Below are positions 24,100 to 33,755 of a stretch of 39,898 nt of DNA, one piece after another. The stretch is from Gonapodya sp. JEL0774 (Eukaryota), in assembly GCA_027604505.1 (NCBI GenBank), contig JADIIX010000171.1, positions 1 through 39,898 on the forward strand. Direction: 5' to 3'. The notes under the pieces were generated by a model. The model did not search any database, was not told the origin of the DNA, and saw nothing but the letters and a program-made list of their open reading frames with translations. Within the stretch, counting starts at the first letter, position 1. Every line of letters begins with the position of its first letter. Both the position numbers and the translations under genes were made by a program.

Positions 24100-26539
24100 T
24101 CACACCTTGATTTCCGCCGCCGTCAAGGCCTTTTTCTGGTCCCACTTGCAGTGGGGACACAGTCGGGCGCCAGGTTTGTGGGGCTGAGGCGGCGATGGGC
24201 GGGTAGGCAAGGACGTGGGGTGTGGTGGGTTGAAGTGGGCGAGGGGGGCGTGGAAGTGGGAGCAAGAGTAGTGCAGTGGCCCGGGCCGGCCGTGGTATTT
24301 GGTACGTGATGGTACAAAAGAAGAATGATGCGTGGGAGTTTGATTCGCGAGTGTGAGAGAGGGTGCAGATCGAGAGGGATCAGGTCCGTACAGTACAGAA
24401 CAAAAGGGGTGGGGACGTGTGTGGGATGGATAAGAGACCGACGCAAGTTCATGTGATTTAGTGTGAAGGGAGAGACAAGGTCCAGTGGGGAGCGGGAGAA
24501 TGGGAAAAGGTAAGGATGAGCACCTGACCCCAGCCAAAGTGTGGGAACCTGGCCACCGCACGCACGCGGAGGAAGTGGCAAACAGCACATAACAAGCGCA
24601 CCACGCAAAGGATTCATATAGAAGTAGGAATGCTCAGGGGAGTGATGCCATGCATGACACGCTCACTGGCATCCAGCGATCGCGGCTTCTGTCCCATTTA
24701 CAACTCCGGCGAAGGCGCATATTAATATCCCACCTTCCGCACATATCCACCCCAAATACATCCACCATACGAAAAACTCCCACCCCAGTGAGGCACCCCG
24801 CTCGTGATGGAAAGAAAAACCCACCTCCAAACACGCAGGGCACTGTTCCGTGACCGGTGGCGGGGGAGTCGGTTCTGCCGGCTTGGGTTTCGGGTAGATG
24901 GAGATGAGGAGCTAGAATGCAGCCGTGGGCCGGTGGGACCGCCACGATGGCAGAGGTGCAACATAAAGGCAGAGAGGGGCCGAGAGGGGGGTCGACGTCA
25001 GGAATGCGCCGGTGGGGTGATGGGGTTTGGAAGGAAATTTTGGTGAGATGGTGCGTGTAAAGGGAAGGTGTACGGCTATGTGATGGAAGTAGGTGAACAT
25101 CCAATGTGGATGCGTACTTATGCGTGTGCGTTCGGGGGTGGGGGTTGGGGTCCCATGTCCCTGGAGGAGCAAGTTGGTGCGTGGGCCGCGTCACCGCCAC
25201 CCCGATACCGTTGCAGTGTGGGGACCACCGTCCGGGTCAGATTCAAAAGACCAAATCCGCCCTCATTGCAGGCCATACACCAAACGACCGCACCCGAAGA
25301 GCTCCGAGCATACCAATAGAGGAAAGTGCATACACTTAGGTACAGCTTGCGCAACTTTCAGTGTCCACTCAAACGGGACTATCTTTCATCAGGATTGGTG
25401 ACGCTGCGGTGACGCCAATCCGGGGACATTGAGCTGGGGACTTTACACATTTCCGTTCCCCACCAGTCCGCCGCGCTGGCCTGGCTCGATCCCACTGGCG
25501 CTCGCACACCAAGGAAACTCCCTTACCTTGAAAATAACAAACATGACGAGGCATACGATGAAGAACGAGAGAAAAGTGTTGACGAAACTGCCGTCTTGTT
25601 TTGGTGGGTCCCGTGTGTTCACGTAGTGGATTGAGAGTGTGGGCAGAGACGCGTGTTACAAATCAGTCAACACAAAAGCCAGAAAAATTGAGTAGGGCAA
25701 ACACGATCGGCGCCCAGGGGACGGAAACGCAATGGATACATACAGTTCCAAGTGACCTGGTTTTCGGCCGCAACATTATGGTGGGGATCACAGAAGAGAG
25801 AACAGGGATGAGCATGCAAACATCAGTGGAGAGAGTGAAAACGTATCATATTGTCAGAAATTGTGTGCGCGTGCGTTCCACCGCCATTTGATTTAAGGTG
25901 CCCCGTAAGTGAGGACGACGCTCGAACCCCTGGCTCGCTTGCGAGCCACCAAACAATTCCCCCCAATTCTACAACTCACCGCCTCATCTCGTCTTGCCTC
26001 CTCCAGCGTCGGGTAATTCGTCTTTCCCGACTTTCCCGGCCTGAGCACAAGGTTTGCGTCGGGTAAGGACGAGTGCTGGGTAAAGAGGGCGACAAAAGGG
26101 GTGAAGAGATCCGTGACAGCTGAGTCGACGACGCGGGAGAAGGCGGCACCTGGGGGAAGGACGGTGCGGGTGGGTCCAGGATGCGATAAGGGATAAGGCG
26201 TATCGGCGTGAGTGAATGCGGGTGTTATGGGAGAGAGAAAGGTGGCAGAAACAACACGCCATCAAAAGTACATGCAGTAGTTCGAATAGTACAGCTGGTC
26301 CCAATCGTATCGGACAAAATGTCTCCCGGGTCAGTCATCCCACCGCCCACCATCACCACCACCCATCAAGCCAAAACGTGTTGCGCACCGATGATGACCG
26401 CGATGGCCAGATCAGCCACGTTTCCCCTGACGATAAAGGCCTTGAACTCTTGAAACAAGGACCGGGCTCCCTCGACCACGTGGGTGCCTGTCTCCCGCGC
26501 TTCTGCAAGGAGGGGGGTCGATGCGTCGTCAGTGGACAT
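24100..26539 (-). CDS. mscL: Large-conductance mechanosensitive channel MscL homolog, 190 aa, 6 exons, C-terminal CxxC..CxxC
   Basis: Exons 26539-26389, 26149-25980, 25756-25744 (13 bp), 25594-25527, 24911-24825, 24183-24100 total 573 bp. FQEFKAFIVRGNVADLAIAVIIG|AAFSRVVDSAVTDLFTP (TM1), VTWN|YGSFVNTFLSFFIV (TM2), CPACLE|..CPHC. Confidence 0.9.
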
Positions 26540-27058
26540 GGTTCCAGTGTATTTGAGTCGAAGGGTGGGGGACGCGTGTGTGTGGTGTGTTGTTTTGTCA
26601 CGGCTTCCAGAAGTCTCGACGGCTGGTGGATTGCAGGATCCAACGCTAACCACGGCGTCGAGGATTGTCGCTACAATGAAATGGATAGTGAAAAACATCC
26701 TTAAATATACCCTGAACTATCGCCTTTTTAACATCTCGAGATCATGCCTGTGACGCAATTCTGAACTTGGGAAAGCTTTCAGCTTGATATCACATGTATA
26801 TCTGGAAGGGAAAATTTCAAGAACTCTGTGGCTGGAGTGGTGGCTGCTAATTTGGGGGAGAAGTGTTGAAAACCCGAGTGTTTGTGAGCATCACCTCAGC
26901 TGGTGTCTGTCACACCTAAATTCGGAGGTCCGGCCCCTCAAGCGAATTTGGAAAGGATTGTTGTCCAAAATGGGTGGTCAGCATGGGACAGATCGGGGAT
27001 TGAGAGAGTGGGACTGGGACGGGGGTTGGGTGGTCCTTGAGCGGGAAGACAGATTTCT

Positions 27059-27830
27059 TCTCAATTAACGCGCAGGTGAGCATTCATACACGTTTCTGTG
27101 TTGCTCTAGCACCGCTACTGATTCTACCAAGTACAACCTAGTTTCATTATGGGCATACTGGCGCCTGCTATGCTCGAAATCATTCGTGGCGACCTGAAAC
27201 ACCGCTGCTCTGGTTTGCACCAAACGTTCTTTCACGACATGAAGAGCGGGGCGCGGCCACATGGTCTCGGCAAAAAGGACAGCGATGGATTGGAACGAGC
27301 TCTGTCCCTCGTGCGGGGCGACCAAGACGCATCACCGGCAATGAAATGGGGCAAGAGTGGAGATAAGGCTACCCTAGACGAGGATGGAAACGCTGGATCC
27401 GTCGAGAGCGGGACGATCGAGAACAACAGCAACTAAGAGAAGCTGAAATCTTCAACGTCGTGTTTCTCAAGAAGTTCAATCGCCCTCCAGGCTCCTCGGA
27501 AATTCAGAGGTACCTGCACTCGATCGTAGTGATTGTGAATTATCGCGACCAACGGTCCAATTGCTGGACCTGCCAATTTTGTTCGTGCAATGAAGCTCCA
27601 CCTCGCCAGAATGACGAGAGAGGAGCTGGATGCTCTCTCTGCAGCCGCCGATTTGCCAGCCGCAGAGTCGGAGCTAGCGAAGAAAGAAGTTGGTGTGTTC
27701 TTACGGCCGGAGTGGAGTGGATATGATTAGAAAAAGGCACCGCAGGGAGGGGTGGCGGATGGTGAGTGGGCCACGTCGTGTTGTTCTCGTTGCCGGACAA
27801 CACTTAACATCACATCAGAACGTGTTCTGA
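27059..27830 (+). repeat. ~770-bp direct repeat, copy 1; decayed gene-like sequence
   Basis: Collinear with 32981-33755 with long identical stretches (e.g. GGATGGAAACGCTGGATCCGTCGAGAGCGGGACGA; TTTCTCAAGAAGTTCAATCGCCCTCCAGGCTCCTCGGAAATTCAGAGGTACCTG). Frameshifts and stops differ between copies. Confidence 0.93.
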
Positions 27831-28306
27831 TAACCTCCACCAATGACACCAACTTGGGCCTGTGGAGACTCGAAAATTTGACAGTCGCTTGATTTTGAGA
27901 ATGTCGGGGACGGTCTCATTTTTGCGTGGCAGGGCCGCCGTGAGCGAAGTCCTGCACAAACTCCTCTCGTCAAGCATACTCTCTCGCTCCACAGAACCTC
28001 TGCCAAAATCCGGGTGAAAAAAAGAGAAATTTCGACGTTTTCTGGAGGATTCCAAATTAATTTCATACAAAAAATAAAATTCAGGGTGTGTGGGTGAGCA
28101 ATGACTCTGTGGTCAGTCCATCTCTCTCCCTCTATATTGATATTAGTGAAGTTCACACGACGAAAAATACTACTAACAACATAACAATCCCAACTTATCT
28201 GGTAATCCTATTCACCTTTGGTGCTCCACGCAAACACAAAACTGAAAACAAAACCAAAACAAAACAAAACGCAGTACAAACGTCAATCTATCAACTTCAA
28301 GCTTCT

Positions 28307-31300
28307 TCACACCTCAATTGTGCGTCGAGAATTTGCAAGTGCTTTGATTGCCCTTCTCCCAGCCTCACCAATCGAGTTGTCTGTAGTACAGAGAGGAGAG
28401 GAGACGGTGGGTGTGTGAATGTGAGTGAGACTCTGATCGGGAACGAGAGGTCAAACTCTGATACTCACCACTGACATGAAGCGACGTCAAGGTGGAGTTT
28501 GTCTTGAGGGCCTCACCAAGCGCTCCGGCACCAGCGTCACTGATCGAGTTGTCTAGAGTAGAGAGAGGAGAGAGGAGAGAGGAGGCAGTGCGTGTGTGTG
28601 TGTGTGACGCTGAGCGACAGCGAGAGGTCAAACTCTGATACTCACCACAAAGGTTGAGTGACGTCAAGGTGGAGTTTGTCTTGAGGGCCTCAGCAAGCGC
28701 TCTGGCACCAGCATCACCGATCGAGTTGTCTGGAGTAGAGAGAGGAGGGAGGAGAGAAGAGACGGTGTGTGTGTGTGTGTGTGTGACGCTGAGCGACAGC
28801 GAGAGGTCAAACTCTGATACTCACCACAAAGGTTGAGTGACGTCAAGGTGGAATTGGTCTTGAGGGCCTCAGCAAGCGCTCTGGCACCAGCGTCACGGAT
28901 CGAGTTGACTGGAGTAGAGAGAGTGCAGAGGAGAGAGGAGATGGTGGGTGTGTGTGTGAGAATGAGACTCTGAGCGAGACCGAGAGGTCAAACTCTGATA
29001 CTCACACGCCATATTGAGCGACTTCAAGGCGGAATTTGTCTTGAGGGCCTCAGCAAGCGCTCTGGCGCCAACCTCACCAATCGAGTTCCCTGTGTTCGGG
29101 TGGGACGGGGTGGTGGTAAAGTCATACGATAGAAGACACATTGACATCTCAAGGCGTAATGCTCCATACGCCCTGCTGGACTCACAGGCTAATTTTATTG
29201 TCCTGAGGGCACTATTAGTTTTGAGAGCATGGGCAATTGCGCTAGTTCCAGCATCTCCAACTGACTTCCCTTTGGTGGAGGGGCAAAAGTTGGAGGAGGA
29301 GGAACAAGTAAGAAGGGAGTAGGGCTTCTACATTTCGCCACTGCTTGGAGAGAGTAGAAACGCGCAATTTGAGATGCAACTCACACTGCAGATTAAGTTC
29401 GGTTTCGTGGTTGGCTATGTCCTGCAGCGCTTTGGATAAAGCACCTGCCCCGGCGGCTTTGCTTGTTCTGACATTCACTAGTAGGTTTGCGATTGTGAAG
29501 GATTCGTGTTAACACCAAGTGAATTGCGTGGTGTCTGCCAACTCACGGAAACGCCATGTCTCCAGGTCGTTTGCCGATAAAATTCTGGCGGGATCATCTT
29601 CCGGTAGTTTCTTTTCCCGGATATGGTGAACACTCTTCAGAAGGGCTTTTGCACGTTCTAGCTGCCCTTGGGAAAAATATGCTCGAGCGAGCGCATGCCG
29701 GGCCGCCAGCAGATCCGGATGGTCTTCCAATAAGACTCTTTCCCTAGCAGCAACAACAAGCTCCAACATGTTCACTGCCTTGTCTACTTGTCCAGAATAC
29801 TCGTATGCGTGGGCGAGCTCTTGCTGCGCCTCTAGCAGAGGAATGTTGTCTTGTGTAGGGGCTGGATATCGAAGACGTTTGAATGTTTCATCCAGCAGGG
29901 CAAGCCAACCCTCCCAAGGCTTTCTCTCGTCCCCTTCTAGCTTTCGACCTGTCAACACCACAGAAAGTTGTTGTCTTCCAGAGACGCACGTTTGAAGCCA
30001 TAGAGCTGCTTCTGCGAATCTTCCATCAGAGTTCAAGCACCGCCCAACCAGAAGACACAGGTCGTATTTTAGTTCCACCCCGTTTCCTTCGTCACTTCCC
30101 AGTACCTTCACGGCGTGCGGGAGGTACTCCCTCCATCGCTCCCGATTCTCCCACTCATTGGTTGGAAATATTCTCCTGATGTGTGTGATTGCCTCTTCCA
30201 TCTTTTTCGAAGCAAGGCGCTGCGTGCACAACCAGTGCCATGCCGCCAGGTGCACGAGACGGTGGAGATCGTACACTTCATCCTCTCTGTTGATTTCTTC
30301 TGAGCGACGTGACACGAATGCGTACCCAATGAGGGTACCGATTGCTCCTTCAATTTTCACGGCGCCACCGGCGGTGGGCAGGATGGTTCGAGGGATGGAC
30401 TTCCATTCGATACAAGCCATGAAGGCCAAGATGTCTTCTGAGAGAGGATTTTCTCGGCGGATCTGCTTGAACGAGACCACCCATGTTTTGGCCACTGAAT
30501 TATGAGATTCCTCATAACGTGTTTGGTCACAAAAGTCTTCGCTTAGAAGTTCCGTCATATCTTCCTCCAGCAGTTCCCTATACCGCTTGATTGTTATTGA
30601 GTTAATATTCAGGTACGCTGCTGCTTGGGCGATCGCCACCGGAAGGTTGGTTAGGTCCTTCAGGAGGTTGGAAGTGTTCAATTGATCTCCCAGCAATTCT
30701 GTTCTTGTGAGGGACTTCCTGAAAAACTCTGCCGCCTCCTCGTCGCTCATTGCTTGCATATTGATGGTGTCAACTCCTGCAAGGTATGTCCCCACCTTCA
30801 GGGGGCGGGTTGTGAACAGAAGAAGACGTTCTTGTTCGCTCTGTGGAAGGTAGTAATTAAGGCCTCATCCCTGCTTGGTGTGAAACACTACATCTGCGTC
30901 GTCAGCATTGTCTATGATCAAGAGCCACTTTCCGGCTGCTTCTTTGCTCAAATAGCGCTTGACAACCTCCTTGATGTCTTCCGTTGCCCCAGTCGTTTGA
31001 GAGACACCAACTTTCATAGCCACCTCCTTGCACGCCTGCTCAAAGCTCTCCATGCTGAGCGCAGGGAACCAGAAGATTGAGTAGTCTTGATATGTGTCCT
31101 TGACTCTGTACGCAAACTCGAGTGCAACTTGCGTCTTTCCCACTCCACCGAGTCCCACAAGAGCCGCCCTCTGACAATCTTTATTGTCAAAGAGCTTTCT
31201 GTTCAAGGTTGCGAGGACGTGATCCCGCCCTACAAACTGTTTGTTCCTCGAAAAGGGAATGTAGTAGCGGGGCGGGGAGGAGCAAGGAGTCACACCAACT

Positions 31301-31549
31301 TCGGGGTGGGAAGCACTAATGACATTCATGATATTGCAGCGGTCAAAGATACGAACAGTAAGCACGCGGAGCCTTGAATGGTTCAGCTTGCCTTGAGCCG
31401 TTGTAGAAGGATGATCCAACTTGAGCACGCGCATTGTCGCCAATGTGCAGGGACCCTACTGAGTAGGTGATATTATGCACTATTTGCGGAGGCAGCGATG
31501 GATTTGGAAAGTGCGGTTCAGCAGCAACAGCGGTGGTGGACATCGCCAT
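28307..31549 (-). CDS. NLR-type STAND protein: HRAM-like motif, NB-ARC, TPR, RNI-like LRR array (~843 codons, 9 exons); one in-frame TGA, possibly a pseudogenised allele
   Basis: Exons 31549-31357 (first intron tentative), 31298-29547, 29477-29385, 29269-29186, 29089-29006, 28908-28825, 28729-28646, 28552-28469, 28380-28307. P-loop GLGGVGKT, Walker B WLLIIDNAD, FTTR, LPVAIAQAAAYL, LHRLVH; TPRs with EDHPD; LRRs LTSLNLCDNSIGDAGARALAEALKTNST. TGA at 30867-30865. Confidence 0.8.
28340..29100 (-). repeat. Tandem array of ~172-181-bp exon+intron units, each encoding one 28-aa LRR; introns contain (CA)n and CT-rich tracts
   Basis: Exon starts at 29089, 28908, 28729, 28552, 28380. Four consecutive introns begin with the identical 25-mer GTGAGTATCAGAGTTTGACCTCTCG. 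Confidence 0.95.
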
Positions 31550-32980
31550 ATCCAAGAACAGGAACAGTGCCGATAAGACCGTCTGGAAAGGAATTCAAAA
31601 GGGACGCGGTCCCGTCAACATCAATACAGAGCAGACAGTAATAGTAATATGCATCACGCGACTGGAAACCTGCTTAGGCCGGTGGCACTCAAAACAGCTG
31701 GAAAGGAACGAGCCCCCACCTGCCACACTGGAATGGAATGGAATTGAATGGCGGCGAAACCTAACTCTCACAATGGAATCAAAACGCGACCACCCTTTTT
31801 TGGATTTGGAATGGAGGGCGGGATGCATTTTTGTTCTTTGGACTCGGCTTCCCCTGCTCTCCTTTGGATTCCGCGTTTGGACTCATTCGAACCAACACTT
31901 TGTGGGCCCGCAACGGAGAATGGACTGGAGAATGAACTCGAATTTGCTGCGCAAAATAGCACAAGCGAAGGGTTGGCAATGCATTGGACTGCAGTGGATG
32001 TGTTTCCATCCCAATCACTGTCAGGCCCGTTGTTGCTCCATCCGTTTCACAGAGCCCCGTCATCCTGGTCAAAGCCACGTTCTCTCAACTAAATGAAAAC
32101 AACTCAATTCTGAACTCCGTGAAATTCAGGCTTCACATTTTGAAGAGCGTTGTTGGAAATCGAACAGCGGATTCCCGCCATTCGAGCGATTTTGGAAAGT
32201 GGTGCGCCGGCACCCACGCGATACAACTCGCTGTGTGTGTCGGGTAAAATTTTGGATTCTCCCAACACAAGCTCGCCGAATTGTGCCGGAGGAAGGAGTC
32301 TGGATCGAATCATCCCCCAAACCAAGAATAGATTCCTGAAAGCGAATCATAGAGGCACCGTCCCCCGAAAGCAATTGACCCAACGCAGCGACAAGCTCGG
32401 CGTTTGCGGAGGGAGTGGCTGGATTAGCGGCAGAGTGCTTCGCTTTCTTGTTTGAAGACATCTCTGATTTTTGAGAAGATGCGGAGCGTTTGTACCGCGC
32501 TCCCACCGGAACCTCGAAATATTAACAAAACTCACCATCTTCTCGTGCGCTTCTCGTCTCCCCTTTGCTTCTACGACTGCCTGTTGTCTCTTGTGTCGGA
32601 CCTGAAACCGCACGCCCCGCTGCCGTTATCCTCGCGGTCAGACCAACAATGCTTGACCTTTCAAACTCATCGCGTCCCGCGCCAAGTTTCTGCTCTCACT
32701 CTTAGAGAAAGAGCTGTTTCCCTCTCGCGCGGGTTGCGTTTTTGATTTTCCTGGGGAATCGCATCGTTCCTTCGTGTCCATCGGAAACCTACCTGTCAAT
32801 CGCACAATCACAATAGTACGTTGTCCCACATCCCCCCTTTTCTTTTCTGGTTTCAATCCTTCCTGTAGCGTATTCAGCTTTCAACTCAGATGGCATCATC
32901 ATCCCCCACTCCCCTACCCGGTCTTCCAGTCTTCGTTGGTAACCCCCGGAAGTCCAAGGATGTGTCAAAGGGTTAGAGGA

Positions 32981-33755
32981 TCTCAATTAAGGCGCAGGTG
33001 AGCAGTCATACACGTTTCTGTGTTGCTCTAGCGCCAATACTGATTCTACCAAGTACCACCTGGTTTGGCTATGGGCATACTGGCGACTCTTTAGCTCGAA
33101 AGCATTCGTCACAAACTGAAACAGCGCAGCCACGGTTTGCACCAAACGTTCTTTTCACAACGTTAAGAGCCGGGGACGGCTACCTGGTCTCGGCAAGAAG
33201 GACCGCGATGGATTGGAACGCGCTCTGTCCCTCGCGCGTGGCGACCAAGACGCATCACCGACAATGAAAAGGAGCAAGAGGGGGAGCTATGGCTACTCTA
33301 GACAAGGATGGAAACGCTGGATCCGTCGAGAGCGGGACGATCGAGAACAACAGCAACTAAGAGAAGCTGAAATCTTCAACGTCATGTTTCTCAAGAAGTT
33401 CAATCGCCCTCCAGGCTCCTCGGAAATTCAGAGGTACCTGTACTCAATCGTAATGAATGTGAATTATCGCGACCAACGGTCCAATAGCTGGACCTGCCAA
33501 TTTTGTTCGTGCAATGAAGCTCCACTTCGCCAGAATGACGAGAGGAGCTGGATGCTCTGTCCGCAGCTGCGGACTCGCGAGCGAAGGAGTTGGGGAGCCA
33601 GCGAAGAAAGAAGTTGGTGTGTTCTTAAGGCCGGAGTGGAGTGGATATGATTGGAAGAAGGCACCGCAGGGAAAGGTGGTGGATGGTGAGTGGGGCAGTT
33701 TGTGGTTTTCGCGTTGCCAGAGGTTCAATATCACATCAGACGGTCTTCTGTACCC
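32981..33755 (+). repeat. ~770-bp direct repeat, copy 2
   Basis: Begins TCTCAATTAA..GCGCAGGTGAGCA as in copy 1 and stays collinear to ..ATCACATCAGA; offset between copies is 5922 bp. Confidence 0.93.

Noticed and set aside
23221..24183. CxxC fragments first read as RING fingers
   Set aside because: No RING His or spacing; both match the MscL C-terminal tail.
25337..25348. Possible 12-bp extra MscL micro-exon (LYLS)
   Set aside because: Not needed for frame, and the paralog remnant aligns without it.
28340..29100. CRISPR-like regularly spaced 25-nt repeat
   Set aside because: The repeat is an intron 5' end, the intervening DNA is also repeated and encodes LRRs, and no cas genes are present.
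29509..30795. Stand-alone 428-aa TPR gene with a separate LRR gene
   Set aside because: The frame continues upstream through one TGA to the P-loop and splices downstream to LRR exons that have no start of their own.
31600..32980. HeLo-type effector partner, or a gene from ORFs 31467..32096 and 32126..32506
   Set aside because: Some splice-like signals near 32465-32535 but no coherent model, family motif or C-terminal amyloid motif.
27059..33755. LTR retrotransposon
   Set aside because: No gag/pol, primer-binding site or TG..CA ends; the repeats look like decayed spliced gene sequence.
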